Positions 46,303 to 58,366 of a stretch of DNA of 64,000 nt are shown here, piece by piece (the first letter of the stretch is position 1; each line of letters starts with the position of its first letter). A program made the position numbers and the translations under genes. The stretch covers positions 256,001-320,000 of the forward strand of contig CAWDFP010000007.1 of the NCBI GenBank assembly GCA_963801605.1, written 5' to 3'. Source of the stretch: an uncultured candidate division Zixibacteria bacterium (GTDB lineage: Bacteria; Zixibacteria; MSB-5A5; UBA10806). Under the pieces are notes generated by a model that saw only the letters and a list, made by a program, of their open reading frames with translations, did no database searches and was not told the origin of the DNA.

Positions 46303-46336
46303 AAACCGTCGGGAGCAAAATCCGGCGGTTTTTTTT
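46303..46336 (+). terminator. Intrinsic terminator
   Basis: AACCGTCGG...CCGGCGGTT stem followed by a T-tract. Confidence 0.7.
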
Positions 46337-46415
46337 ATTTGTTAATTTGCCGCTTGAATACGTCGCTTAAATATCCTATGATTTATTTTTCGAATAACAA
46401 AACCGGAGATTTCGG

Positions 46416-47252
46416 ATGATAATACCCGGCCTGCTCATAATCAGCCTGCTAATTTCTACACAAGATTCGACAACAGTCTGTACATATTCGTGGCTTAGTG
46501 GAAATCCCAAAAATGAAAATATTGCCGGCCGTTTTGCGGTTCCGGACGGGTTTGTGCGCCAATCAGAGATCGCAGGAAGCTTTGAAGATTGGCTAAGGCA
46601 CCTCCCTTTGAAAGATGGGAATCCGCCGGTTCATCTTTTCGATGGTAATCTGAGTCTCAATCAAAACGCTCATATTGCCGTAATTGATATCGATACGGGC
46701 CGGGAAAATCTTCAACAGTGCGCCGATGCCGTAATCAGATTAAGGGCTGAATATCTTTATTCTATCGGAAAGAATAACGATATCTGCTTTAATTTCACCA
46801 GCGGCGATAAAGCTCTATTCAGGAAATGGATCGATGGATACCGCCCCATCGTTTTGGGAAATAAAGTATCCTGGCGGCATTCGGCTAAAACCGATTCATC
46901 ATATATTGTTTTTCGAAATTATCTCGATACTGTATTTCGATATGCCGGCACCTTTTCCTTAAAAAAGGAATTAGTCAAGGTTGATGATCCAACTCGAATG
47001 AAAATCGGTGATGTTTTTATTCAAGGCGGTTTTCCCGGACACGCCGTTATCATTGTAGATATCGCTTATGATAAAAGTAAAAACGAGAAACTATTCATGT
47101 TGGCTCAAAGCTTCATGCCGGCACAAGAGATTCATATTTTGCGCAATCCCATCGATAGCAACATCAGCCCCTGGTATCGAATCGAGGCGGATAAGGCGCT
47201 AATCACGCCTCAATGGACTTTTGAATTTAGCGATTTAATGCGATTCAAATAA
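46416..47252 (+). CDS. DUF4846 family protein
   Basis: WLRHLPLK, LQQCADAVIRLRAEY, YAGTFSL, GFPGHAV, AQSFMPAQ. Confidence 0.8.
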   Translation: MIIPGLLIISLLISTQDSTTVCTYSWLSGNPKNENIAGRFAVPDGFVRQSEIAGSFEDWLRHLPLKDGNPPVHLFDGNLSLNQNAHIAVIDIDTGRENLQQCADAVIRLRAEYLYSIGKNNDICFNFTSGDKALFRKWIDGYRPIVLGNKVSWRHSAKTDSSYIVFRNYLDTVFRYAGTFSLKKELVKVDDPTRMKIGDVFIQGGFPGHAVIIVDIAYDKSKNEKLFMLAQSFMPAQEIHILRNPIDSNISPWYRIEADKALITPQWTFEFSDLMRFK

Positions 47253-47286
47253 AAACGGGATGCTCTAAGAACTATTTTTAGCCGCT

Positions 47287-47637
47287 CTACTCTGTCAAAG
47301 TCACGATATAAATATATCGTAAGGGTCCCGAGCCGATATTTAGCACATTATGTTCGGTATTGGGAGGATTATAGGCAATAAGACCGTTGGCAATCTCTAA
47401 ATCGGGGTGACCCTTTGCGGATAGTCTCCCCTTCCCCTCCAGGACGATAAGCAGTTCCTCATACTTTTTGGTACTATGCCAACCCACATCCTTGCCGGGC
47501 GCCAGGGTTACCATTCCCGAACGGATACAAAGGCTTTCCTCTTTACCCAATATTTCGAAATAATCCTGGCTGTCGGTTGGTAATACTTTTATAAATGGCT
47601 TTTTGGTAGTCTGCTCAGGATTTGATGACATACTCAC
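47287..47637 (-). CDS. Cupin domain protein
   Basis: LAPG..VGWHST...EELLIVLEGKG...PPNTEH. Confidence 0.88.
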   Translation of the reverse strand: MSMSSNPEQTTKKPFIKVLPTDSQDYFEILGKEESLCIRSGMVTLAPGKDVGWHSTKKYEELLIVLEGKGRLSAKGHPDLEIANGLIAYNPPNTEHNVLNIGSGPLRYIYIVTLTE

Positions 47638-47681
47638 TTTTACTTCATCCTTTCAAACATTAATCTCACGATAGCTATCGC

Positions 47682-48311
47682 CTACTGCAAGCCGGGGAAT
47701 AGCTCCAGAAGTCCGCTCGAGATAAACTCCACGGCAATCGCCGAAAGGAGCAAACCCATAATTCGAGTAATATTGTTAAGCCCGGTTCGTCCCAGCTTTT
47801 TACTGAGAGGAATAGAAAGCCGAAGCGAAATCCAGATTAGCGCGCAAACCAGGAGAATACTAAAGACTAAATAGAGCTTTGACTTTGGCTCGGTGTATCT
47901 ATGCGTGAATATTATTACTGTGCTTATGGCCGCCGGACCTGCCAACAGCGGTACCGCTAACGGCACCACAGCCACGTTCTCTTTCCCCTCGGCTTCCTTC
48001 GATTCCTCCGGCGTTTGCTTGACCGGGCTGATTCTGGCATTCATCATCGAGATAGCGGTCAGAAGTACTAATATCCCTCCGCCCACCTTGAATGATGCTA
48101 TGCTGATCCCGAATAAGCGCAGGAATATCTCACCCACAAGTGTTGATATTATCAGGAGTATCGCCGCGGCGATTGCTGCCGTGCGGGCAATCCTCGTGCG
48201 CTCCTGAACTGAATCACCTGCCGTCAGACCCAAAAATATCGGGATTGCTCCCAGGGGATCGACAATCACGATGATTGCAGTCAGCATTTCCAGATAATCG
48301 TGCCAGTGCAT
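47682..48311 (-). CDS. marC: MarC family membrane protein
   Basis: IVDPLGAIPIF, FKVGGGI, VPLAVPLLAGPAAI, RIMGLLL. Confidence 0.92.
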   Translation of the reverse strand: MHWHDYLEMLTAIIVIVDPLGAIPIFLGLTAGDSVQERTRIARTAAIAAAILLIISTLVGEIFLRLFGISIASFKVGGGILVLLTAISMMNARISPVKQTPEESKEAEGKENVAVVPLAVPLLAGPAAISTVIIFTHRYTEPKSKLYLVFSILLVCALIWISLRLSIPLSKKLGRTGLNNITRIMGLLLSAIAVEFISSGLLELFPGLQ

Positions 48312-48407
48312 AATAGACTCCGAAATGATTTTAACTGTTTTATATGAAATTGTAAATATTATTTATTGCCCGATTGGAATTGGGCTGCATTTATTACTGC
48401 AACTCAA

Positions 48408-50568
48408 TCACTTAATCAAAAGCATTTTACTGGATGATGTTTTCTCGCCCGCTTTAAGCCTGTAGAAATAAATACCCGATGGAGCATTTTCAGCGTCCCA
48501 TTTTATCTGATGAAATCCGGCTTCCTGATATTCGTTTACAAGCTCCCTTACCTTTCTGCCCGAAATATCGAATATATCAAGCTTTACTTCCGAAGCGAAA
48601 GGCAGGTTGTATTTAATAGTTGTGGCCGCATTGAACGGATTGGGATAGTTTTGCATTAAAGCAAAATCCGATGGTAATAAATCTCCCGTTTCATTGATAT
48701 CATCGGGCCGTGTAAATTTTAGAATCATAAGTGAACTCATATCGGCCACCAGAACGTTACCGCCCGCAAGCGAAACATCGTATGCAATTGACGGCGTGTT
48801 ATATCTTCCGAGTTGAACTGGATAAGTTGGATTTGAAATATCATAAACGAGCAGCCCAGCTTGCATATCAGCCACGTAAATAAGGCCGTTTTCTACCGTA
48901 ATTCCATAGCCTTCGTCGGGCAATTCATATAGGGTTGCCAGCGTGGGTGCCGATGGATCGGAGATATCGATAATTTCGATATCGCCGTGCCTTTCAAAAT
49001 CGTATGTGGCAGCATACACGAAATTGCCTTCAACATCGATATCGCCAGGCGCGTAACGAAAATGCCAGTAATCGCCTCGAAATTGGGGTTCGGCCGGATT
49101 TGAAATATCGTATATTCTCATCCCGATCGCCGGATACGGGATACAAAAAATAACAGGAAAAAAGATAATTACCCGATGTATATAATTGGGTCGCTTCAAA
49201 TTCTGAATCGATTGTAATGCCCAGCACAGGGGATTCGGGATTCGATACATCGACCGCAGTGATACCCATATGACCCAGGTAAACATAATTGCCTGATTTT
49301 GCGATACTCTGAACCGTGCCCAAAGAGCATGACAGAGAAACCGCATTCATATTTCCGGGGTTGCTGATATCCACTATGAGAAGCCCCTGATTTGACTCCG
49401 TTATATACGCATAATCATCGGATATTAGATAATCGGTAGTAAAAGACATTGAATCAGTATAAATCTGAACCGGAACAGGGCGGGATGGCTCGCTAATATC
49501 TACTGAGATCAGATTGTAGTTCCAGGGGCTGTCGCTAATTCCCAATATATAAGCATAGTCCCCTTTAGTAACGACCTTTCGAATCGATCCGCCCGTAAAA
49601 TATCTACCCTCGATATAAGGGGCGCCCGGATCGGTAATTCCCATAATCATGATTGATGAATAGTCGGCCAGGAATGCCAGGTTGTCGCCTATTTCCATCG
49701 AGTATGCAAATCCGGGTGTATCGCATGATCCCACAATCGTTGGTTGGGTGGGATTTGCAATATTTATAATCTGCAACCCTGATCGAGAATCGCCGATAAA
49801 AGCGTAATTATCGCGCAAAGTTACTGTCAGGGCATCGCCGGGCGTTTCGCAATTTCCGACTATCACCGGAGCGGCAGGATCGGTAATATCCATTATTATT
49901 AACCCATCGCGCGAATCAGAGATATAAAGGAAATTATCTCTAACGGTGGCCCCACGCATATAACCGCGGTTGAAGAATGTATAAATCGATTCGGGCATGA
50001 CTCGATTTGAAATATCTAATACCAGCAGACCGCTCCCCTCGCTTACGACATAAGCGTAATCGCCGGAAACAGCAAAGGACCGCGGATAGCCCCCGAATCT
50101 GGTTTGAGATATGTGAGTAATATTTAATGGCGATGATATATCAAAAATATGAAAATCGAAAGTCATCGAGGTATCGTTAGATTGCAGATATGCATAATTA
50201 CCATCTATTTTAACGCATGTTGTCATTCCTGAGAGCGCAAAATGACCAACTATCGCCGGATTTACAGGATTTGAAATATCAACGACATAAAACCCCGAAT
50301 CATAATTTGCCAGGTAGGCATAATTGCCAAGCAGGGCTATGTCGGATGATCCCTCTATGGGGAGTTGAGTGACAAACGCCGGATATGTGGCATCGGATTT
50401 ATCCAAAACCAACAAGCCGTTATAATAAGCGCAATAGGCAAAATCACCATTAATGCCAAGGTTTTCAACTTCATTCCACAAACCCGATCCAACATAATCG
50501 ACATTTTGCGCCTGGACGTTATAAAGAGCAAAGAGCAGCATGATCGATATGAATATTATCCGCTTCAC
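48408..50568 (-). CDS. Secreted LVIVD-repeat protein with CTD; frameshift near 49125; paralog of 29858-31984
   Basis: AQNVDYVGSGLW versus AQNIEYVGSELW; DIS.P repeats continue in ORF 48408-49346 to QNYPNPFN. Confidence 0.87.
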
Positions 50569-50766
50569 TTGATCCTCCCCTTATCCTCAGGCCCCACAAC
50601 CAAATTCCTGCATATCCAAACCGTGCCCCCACAATTCGCCAGCCGATATATTAATACTGATTGTCAATTATAATCTGAATTAGCGGATATGAAAAGCTTT
50701 TTTCTAAAAAATATAATCGAATGTATAGCATTACATATTCGTCAAATCAAGGGATTAGACCAAATC

Positions 50767-50796
50767 AAAACGGCCAGGTCGCGAAACCCGGCCGTT
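50767..50796 (-). terminator. Intrinsic terminator
   Basis: AACGGCC...GGCCGTT stem with U-tract on the minus strand after the S8 gene. Confidence 0.6.
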
Positions 50797-50819
50797 CATA
50801 AAAAAACAAATCTATGTAA

Positions 50820-53405
50820 TTATCTCAACAACGTCATACGATGAGCGTCCGTTGCCCCGGAGGCGTCAAGCTTATAGAGATAAACTCCGCTGGCAACATC
50901 ATGTCCGGCCTCATCTCTGCCATCCCAAACGATGCTATGCTGACCGGCGGGCAGATCGTTTGATATCAATGTCCTCACCCGTCTGCCAAGCAAATCATAT
51001 ACGCTCAAATCAACCTGCCCCTTGGCGGGCAGCGAAAACGAAATCATCGTCGTAGGATTAAACGGATTAGGATAATTCTGATTAAGGCTGAAAGCCGTTG
51101 GCGTAACGGTACCATTATCGGCAACGCCTGTTGGAGTCCAGGTGATCGTGGCATCATCTATATAGACACCTTCGCGCTGGCCGGTAGCGTCGGTAACGAA
51201 ATGGAATCTGAGCCTGACATCGTTATGCCCAACGAACGGAGTTAAATTGCCCGTAGATTGAGTAAAGCTAAAAATTGAACCGGTTATCGATGGTCCAATG
51301 CGAGTCCAGGTATTTCCGCCGTCGCTTGAGGCCTCAACATGAAGGGAGTCATGACCGCTTTGCATTACCCCGCGCCAGTAGAACGAAAAGCTGGCGGCCG
51401 ATACCCTCGAAAGATCGAGCACGAATTTCGATTGCAGCCAGCTATCGACACCATTCTTATAGTTGCCTGTGGGAGAATCGGTCATGCTTAAAAAATTGCT
51501 GCGCGCATATTTAACATTCAAACCCCAGGAATCTTTCGTTCCGCCCGATTCCCAGTACATCAGGCCGTTGTCGAAATTGTCGGTAAACTGTGTGGCGTCC
51601 AGATCAAAGGCTAAGGGATGATTCAGGCCGCCGATCGGGTAGTAAGCATAATTGCTGTCAGAATCGAATGCCTTAAAATAATACTGAATTGTAGTTCCCG
51701 TTTGCCCCGGAATTTGACCCAGGAAACCGGTGCTGTCGATACTATTTAATTGCAGCTCGGCAAAATCGCCCGACGTGCCGTTTCTCCAGTACAGTAACAC
51801 GCCTACAATCCCTTCACCGCCGTTAGCATCGATACCGAAACTGATCGGTTGACCTGCCGCGGCGCTCAAGAGCGGATGGAAATCAAAAACAATATCGCCT
51901 TGCGGATGATAATACAGCGCCCGTCCTACATCCATGATGCCCCAACCGTAGGCATTGCCTACCGAATCGGTTTTGCTGGCAGTCATCATTAAAGCTTCGC
52001 GTACCATCAAATTGGTCCAGTTGGGATGAGCCGAGAGAAGTACCCCGCTTGCCCCGCCAACCAGCGGCGTCGAAAGAGAGGTACCATCGGATGTGGTAAA
52101 GCCCGACATATCGTTAGGATCGGCACATGCTGTCGACATCCCCTGAGCGCAAACCTCCGGCTTGATACGGCCATCAAAGGTAGGTCCCCAGGAGGAAAAA
52201 CCTGCCAAAAATCCGCTGTTATCAACAGCGCCGCATGAAAGAATTGAATCTGCGTCCGCCGGAGCTACCAGCGAACCGTCGCTGTTGCCCTCGTTACCCA
52301 TCGCGTTGCAGACCGTAATGCCATTATAAGCCGCTAAGGCCGCCGCAATCGTGACTACTGCCGTATGTCCATTCAGATCGCTATATGAATAATCTCCCTG
52401 GCCGTAATCAAACACCCTGTATCCCAATGATGATGAAATTACCGATGCCCCGATTGAATCCGCCCATTGCGCACCCGCAGCCCAGTTATCTTCTTCAATG
52501 TGACGTTCCGATGATATATCCTCGGTTTTGGCCAAAATAAAATTCGCCAGATATGACGGCCCATACAGGTGCCCCGATGATTCGCCGCCAAGAGTTGACC
52601 AGGTTGCCGTGCCATGATCGGCCTGGCCGGGCGTGTCCTGAGATAGATCTAAATCAGTGTTAAAATCATGATTAATAAAATCATATTGCGCTAACAACCG
52701 CCCGCCGGAAATAATATTCTGAAATGCGGTATGTTCCTGCTTATATCCGACATCCATCATGCAAACGATAACGCCCTGGCCTTTAAATCCAAGCTCATGA
52801 GCGGTTACGACATTAATCTGATTTAACTGACCTGCCGAGGAGCCATAATTGAGGGTAGTCAAAATTACATCCGCCGGCGCTGAGGGAGCTGACGGTAGCT
52901 CAATCTCACAAGGCGATCCCGCTACGATTTTCATGAGACGTGCGAATGACAGGTTAGCGATTGCCTGGGTTTGCTCTTTGGTAGCATTAACCGATATGGC
53001 GTTGAACCATTTAAGCGTCTGCCGAAGCTTCGCTCCGGTTGCCAGCACTTGATTAACGTAAGGGCTATAAACCGGCAGATCGCGAAAATCTACTATTTCA
53101 TCACGACCGCGGGATTTCAGACGCCGTTCCCGAGCAGTCGGAGTTAATGATGCTTCGGCGCTTTCAAGCGCGCTGGAATATGCGCCTTGAGTTGAAATAC
53201 CTTTATCGGTGAAAAAGACCATCACCGGAATAGTCTTTCCTTCGTTTAATGTTGTCATTTTGGTGATCAGATTATTATCCATCACCTGTGAAGCGCGTTC
53301 CATCCTGAGGGTATGAGGCCCGTTCCAGGCAGTCGAATTTTCCATCGCTTGAGTCGAAATTGTAAATGCAAAGAACAAAATTAAAACGCAAATATAGGCA
53401 CGCAT
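50820..53405 (-). CDS. Secreted S8 subtilisin-like serine peptidase with jelly-roll module and CTD
   Basis: Catalytic D (MMDVG), H (HGTA), oxyanion N (AMGN), S (GTSLSTP); QNYPNPFN. Confidence 0.93.
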   Translation of the reverse strand: MRAYICVLILFFAFTISTQAMENSTAWNGPHTLRMERASQVMDNNLITKMTTLNEGKTIPVMVFFTDKGISTQGAYSSALESAEASLTPTARERRLKSRGRDEIVDFRDLPVYSPYVNQVLATGAKLRQTLKWFNAISVNATKEQTQAIANLSFARLMKIVAGSPCEIELPSAPSAPADVILTTLNYGSSAGQLNQINVVTAHELGFKGQGVIVCMMDVGYKQEHTAFQNIISGGRLLAQYDFINHDFNTDLDLSQDTPGQADHGTATWSTLGGESSGHLYGPSYLANFILAKTEDISSERHIEEDNWAAGAQWADSIGASVISSSLGYRVFDYGQGDYSYSDLNGHTAVVTIAAALAAYNGITVCNAMGNEGNSDGSLVAPADADSILSCGAVDNSGFLAGFSSWGPTFDGRIKPEVCAQGMSTACADPNDMSGFTTSDGTSLSTPLVGGASGVLLSAHPNWTNLMVREALMMTASKTDSVGNAYGWGIMDVGRALYYHPQGDIVFDFHPLLSAAAGQPISFGIDANGGEGIVGVLLYWRNGTSGDFAELQLNSIDSTGFLGQIPGQTGTTIQYYFKAFDSDSNYAYYPIGGLNHPLAFDLDATQFTDNFDNGLMYWESGGTKDSWGLNVKYARSNFLSMTDSPTGNYKNGVDSWLQSKFVLDLSRVSAASFSFYWRGVMQSGHDSLHVEASSDGGNTWTRIGPSITGSIFSFTQSTGNLTPFVGHNDVRLRFHFVTDATGQREGVYIDDATITWTPTGVADNGTVTPTAFSLNQNYPNPFNPTTMISFSLPAKGQVDLSVYDLLGRRVRTLISNDLPAGQHSIVWDGRDEAGHDVASGVYLYKLDASGATDAHRMTLLR

Positions 53406-53569
53406 TATTCCTCCAGGAGGTTTTGTATAGTTATGCACATCTTGAAATAACAGCGCAGAGTGAGTTCTGTCAAGGAGTTTTGCTTCTTATCCCCGGTTAC
53501 AATTCATCCAAAATAAGTGTAATTCGAGGAAAACTTGCCGCTAAATTCTTAAATGCAATCCACGTTTGA

Positions 53570-54034
53570 TTATTTTATTTGAATCTGGTTGTCCTTAGGG
53601 GAGTCTATTTCCAATTCGAGGCCCATATTGGCTTGAAACGGAGGAATCTCGTCCAAACCCGCAATCGCGATATTTTCCTGTCGAGGTACCCAGCTTACCC
53701 GATAATTAACCTTACTCTTATAATTGATTGCGGTATTATAATATGGAGCCAGTTCTTTAGTTATAAGCTTACAATGGGATATCTGATAAACAACCAGAGC
53801 GCTGTCCGATAATATTTCGAATTCAAATCCATCAAGCTGCTTGCGGTTACTTTCTATAAACTTGAGAAGCGCCAATAGTCCCTGATATTGGCATTCATAA
53901 ATGGACCCGTTATGGCGGCTTTTAGATACTATCCCCAGATCGGGAATGGCAAAACCGCAAAGACCAACAAGCTTACCGCCAACCTGCTCACCAAATGATG
54001 TGCCGAAGAAAAATGCTTGTATCGTTTCCGCCAT
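53570..54034 (-). CDS. RNase HI-like (archaeal-type/RVT_3) protein, catalytic residues mostly lost
   Basis: ECQYQGLLALL, SDSALVVYQ, WVPRQEN fit the family pattern AEY.AL / DSxLVVxQ / WVPRExN..AD. Confidence 0.7.
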   Translation of the reverse strand: MAETIQAFFFGTSFGEQVGGKLVGLCGFAIPDLGIVSKSRHNGSIYECQYQGLLALLKFIESNRKQLDGFEFEILSDSALVVYQISHCKLITKELAPYYNTAINYKSKVNYRVSWVPRQENIAIAGLDEIPPFQANMGLELEIDSPKDNQIQIK

Positions 54035-54066
54035 GATATCCCTCCCTTTATGTTTGCCCCCATAAA

Positions 54067-54082
54067 AGCAAAGTATATGCCC
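54067..54082 (-). promoter_or_regulatory. sigma54 -24/-12 promoter
   Basis: GGGCAT-ATACT-TTGCT (GG-N10-GC) about 30 nt upstream of the ATG; AT-rich upstream region. Confidence 0.6.
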
Positions 54083-54280
54083 TCCATCTGCTCAGAGTTT
54101 GATATAGCTAAGATGCTAATATATATAGAGATAAGTCACGTTAATTGATGTAGATACTTTAGCATAATACTGGTTTTCCCTACTTTGTGCATTGTAATGC
54201 CTAAAAAGCCTGATTTGAAAACAACTGGAAATAAATAAGGGGGATATTGTTATTTATACGGGTAGATAAATGGGGAAAAT

Positions 54281-54314
54281 AAAAAAAGCGGCCGGAGTTG
54301 CCTCTGGCCGCCTT
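54281..54314 (-). terminator. Intrinsic terminator
   Basis: GCGGCCAGAG/CUCCGGCCGC stem followed by U7 on the minus strand. Confidence 0.7.
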
Positions 54315-54335
54315 ATTCACATTTATATTATTGTG

Positions 54336-57247
54336 CTATTTCAACAGGAGCATCTTTTTGCTGGCGACGAAATCCGATGCCTGCAATCTATATAGATACA
54401 CGCCGCTGGCAAGCTCTATGCCAGCTTGACGGGAATCCCAAACAAGCGAATGCACCCCCGCATTCTGATTGGGCATCATGGTTTGATACACCAGCCGTCC
54501 GGCAATATCATATATGGAAAGGGTGACATCCGATTGCCCTGGGAAGCTGCATATGATATCTCGGTTCTTCCATTGAAGGGATTGGGATAGTTCGCGTTCA
54601 AGGCAAAACTCGTTGGCAGTCCGCTGTTCTGCCTATCGTCTACGGAAACATTATTGAAAGAATAAATTGTCAGATCGTCAACGCCGCCTTCGACTATGCT
54701 TCCAGCGCCCCTATCGGCCGCTGAGAACCGAAGCATTACCCTGGATCTCTGCGGAATTACCTGATCCACCAAAAATCTTGCCCTGGTCCAGCTGTTTGCC
54801 ATGGCAGTAACGATCTCGATTGGTACCCAGGTCTGGCCGCTGTCGCCCGAAATTTGCACTTCGAAAGTGTCATCGACGTTTCTGTTGGTGGCAAACCAGC
54901 GGAAATATTCTATCACGGGATTATCGTAGGAGGAAAGATCGTAATACGGAGTAGTTAGGCTTGTCTTGCCGCCGTCAACATCATTGGAGCCATTATTCGG
55001 ATCACCGATATCCTGTTGGCCGGTGATATAGCAGGAAGTCCCCGGCGCTGGCGTATGATCGTCCTCCGGTTGAAATGGCACATTAGGAAAGCTGTCTGCG
55101 AAAGTACCAACTGGATCGACTCGCACCCAAATGCCCGTAGTGGCATCGTCATCCGGTGTACCAACCACCCACCCGGATGATTGCTCCAGGCTATCGGCAA
55201 ATTGAGTGGTCAGCTGTCCCACAAAGAAAAAGTACGTAGGATTCGGCGCGGTTACCGGCGCGGATACAATACTACCCAACCGGTTCACGGCAGTTAAATA
55301 GTATTCCACCAGCGTTCCCAATGGTTGTGCCGGAATCGATCCGGCATATTCACCGGGATTGCCGGTTCGGATCATGTGAATACTCTGGAACGACCCGCTG
55401 TTTCCCGGCCTGTAATGGACAAACACTGAATCATCGTTTACAGGCGTGAATGTCGTACTCACTGTGGCATTTAAATTATATGGATGAGTTGTGTCAACGG
55501 TATCCCCCAGAGGATTATGACTAATGGACATTTGATCTGCGATGCTGATACCGTGAATATTGAAAGAGGTAGATATCTCGCTCCAGTGCGGAGTTCCGTT
55601 GAAAAGCGTATCGTCGTTGTCGTCGTATTCAAGTACGTCAATCAAATAATCGTCAAAATTGGATGATAACCCGTAACGGGCGTAATGGAACAGGGAATCG
55701 CAGTACCCGGTGCGAGGCGATAGCGCTTCCCTCAGATCCCAGAGCGCTCCCGAAATAATCAAACCATCGTTATGCGATTCGCCAGTCCAATCCTCAGGAT
55801 AACGATTGGTGTTGTCGACTGTCCTTAGATATTGATCAGGATTGCCAGAATAAAATCCTCGTCCGATAAGCGGTTGATTGGTAATTGTTGCGGCGGTGTA
55901 ATCCGACCAGCCCTCGTGTTCGGCTCCTGACGGTGCGCTTGGCCGATATTGATAATCAGTGATTCCATGCCCGTACTCATGATAGATCACATCGGCAATC
56001 TCTCCGGTATTGGAACAGCCGCCCCCCGCCATGAAAAAGTTTACCGAGGTGCCATCCCAGTACGCGTTACAGGTTTGATTTAGATTTACATTCGCACTAA
56101 GCGCAAAATCGAGATCGGTAAAATAGGGATCGATCGCTTTAATAAAATCATGTACCACATTCACCTGATAATACGCATTACGCTCATCGTTGCGCGATCT
56201 CGTAGAATCCCAGTTGACATACAGTGTCTCGCCGGGCGTGATTGTATCCGTAATCGCGGCCTGGGCGCCCTGGGCATTACGAACCGTAACGTAGCGGCCA
56301 ACCATTGTGATATTAATCCGGCGCGATGTTGAATCCGGTACATTAGCGCTGAAATATCCGCTGGAATTTGTATGCTGGGTTGTCAGACCGGAAATGCTTA
56401 CATTTTCAAATTCAAATGGACGGGTAACCAGAGTATCGAATGGCGTGGTAGGAAAAATCCGCCCGCTGATAAAACCGTCTACTGTATAATAATCTATAAG
56501 ATTCTTTCGATAAAGTATTTCGCCGGTCGTGGCATCGACGATAGTCATCCATCGGGCCGGCTGCTCGGTAACAACCTCGCCCAGATACCCCAGCCGATAG
56601 GAAAAACCGGTCTCAGTTGGAACCGGCAAAACTAACAACGATGGTTCGCTTGTTTCCTGAACGGAACTTACCAGTCCCATCGACATGGCATTTCTGGCGG
56701 CACCGGCTGAAATGCCCGGAGCCGGTGAAATCTCGATTCCCGGAAAATAGTCGCCTTGAAATAGAACGACATTACCCTGATCCGAAATTCTTACCGATAT
56801 CAGGTTTCCGAAAACGTCCACACCTTGATATTGCTGTTTGAAATCGACAAACCAGTGGTGACCACGGTGACGTGAATTAATATTAACCAGATCAGAAACG
56901 GGTATCTTCAACAAATCGGCGTTGGATTGAATAAATGAGAGAGCCAGCTCACGCGCCGATTCCTCGCTCTTGGGATCTCCCACATAAATTGCGCTGCCAT
57001 AAGCTCGATGAATCAACCCGGTCATGGTATTGAGCTGGCCGGCCCATTGACCGTGCCCCTTGACGAATGCGGACCATGACTGATCATTAATTGTCATCGG
57101 CCTGAGATTTGCCAGATAGATCGGGTCCTGATCGTAATAGGCGATTGTAACCGCCTGATCCGACGATCCCTCGAACGGCGTAAACGCGGCCGCGCTTGCA
57201 GCCATGCCAAGAATCGCCAGAAATATAAGAGCCCTTAGCTTCAGCAT
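54336..57247 (-). CDS. Secreted thermolysin/fungalysin-like metallopeptidase (M4/M36) with FTP/PepSY propeptide and CTD; frameshift near 54545
   Basis: CNAYWDG, HEYGH, HEGWSD, ESHNDG; shifted frame continues SDVTLSIYDIAGRLV...SGVYLYRL...KMLLLK* to 54336. Confidence 0.88.
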
Positions 57248-57387
57248 CTTTTCCTCCATTGCGGAATTGTCATATCTAAAACGCCTAACAAAAATCGAGG
57301 GTAAAAAATTCCATTATGTTTATAATACAATATTCGCAGTCAAATAAATACTTGATTTTTACTCCGTTCCCGATAATATTGTCCGCC

Positions 57388-58359
57388 ATGAAGATAAAAG
57401 CATCTATGCATTCAAGTTTCCCCCGGATCGGAGAGCATCCGGACGAACAAAAGCTTCGCCGCGCAATAGCCGGACTCGAAGAAGGCAAAATCAGCGCTGA
57501 GGAGTTGGCCAAAGTCGAGGATCAAGTCGTTGATGATGTTATCGCTATTCAGAAACAGGCAGGCCTGGATTTAATCAGCGACGGCCTGATACGCTGGTAC
57601 GATCCCGCCTCACACCTGGCAAAAAACCTCAAAGGATTCGAAATCAATGGTCTTTTAAGATTCTTTGACACCAATACCTACTACCGTCAGCCGGTAATTG
57701 CCGGTGATTTTTCTTTAGGAAACGTCAATTTACCAAACGAAATCACCTATGCGGCTAAGCAAACCGGTAATCCGGTTAAAGGAGTCATCCTGGGTCCACT
57801 CAGTATGGCGGCCATGTCGCTCAATAAATCATCCATGAAACTATCTGATTTAAGCCTTCAGCTGGGAGATATTATTGGAAAAGTAGCCTCGATGATGACA
57901 TCTAACGGCGCTGAGTATGTACAGATCGAGGAACCCTCTTTGGTGCGGAATCCGGAGTATTTCGATCTCTTTCGTGACTCCTTCGCCCCCCTCATAAACG
58001 CCCGGGGAAAATCTAAAATAATTCTGGCTTTTTACTTTGGCGATGTCGGCAAAATCTACAACCGTTTAGGCGAGCTTGCTGCTGATATGATCGGAATCGA
58101 TTTCACCTACTCCCCCGGTCTTCTGAAAAGGATTGCTTCCGAGGGATCGTCTAAACCGATATCCTTTGGAATTCTCGATGGCCGCAATACCAGGCTGGAA
58201 TCGGCCTCGCAGATGGCTCGTTCGCTGGAAGATGCCATTGGGAAAATTTCCGGCGAGTGTCATATTACGACATCCTGCGGATTGGAATATCTTCCCCGCG
58301 TCTATGCCGTAAAGAAACTTGAGTTGACAGCCGAAACCGTTAAACTCTTAAACGGATAA
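57388..58359 (+). CDS. Cobalamin-independent methionine synthase N-terminal-half protein (split MetE subunit)
   Basis: FPRIG, DLISDG.IRWYD, RFFDTNTYYRQP, YVQIEEP, DGRNT; HxC Zn motif replaced by AFYFG. Confidence 0.82.
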   Translation: MKIKASMHSSFPRIGEHPDEQKLRRAIAGLEEGKISAEELAKVEDQVVDDVIAIQKQAGLDLISDGLIRWYDPASHLAKNLKGFEINGLLRFFDTNTYYRQPVIAGDFSLGNVNLPNEITYAAKQTGNPVKGVILGPLSMAAMSLNKSSMKLSDLSLQLGDIIGKVASMMTSNGAEYVQIEEPSLVRNPEYFDLFRDSFAPLINARGKSKIILAFYFGDVGKIYNRLGELAADMIGIDFTYSPGLLKRIASEGSSKPISFGILDGRNTRLESASQMARSLEDAIGKISGECHITTSCGLEYLPRVYAVKKLELTAETVKLLNG

Positions 58360-58366
58360 GTTAATT

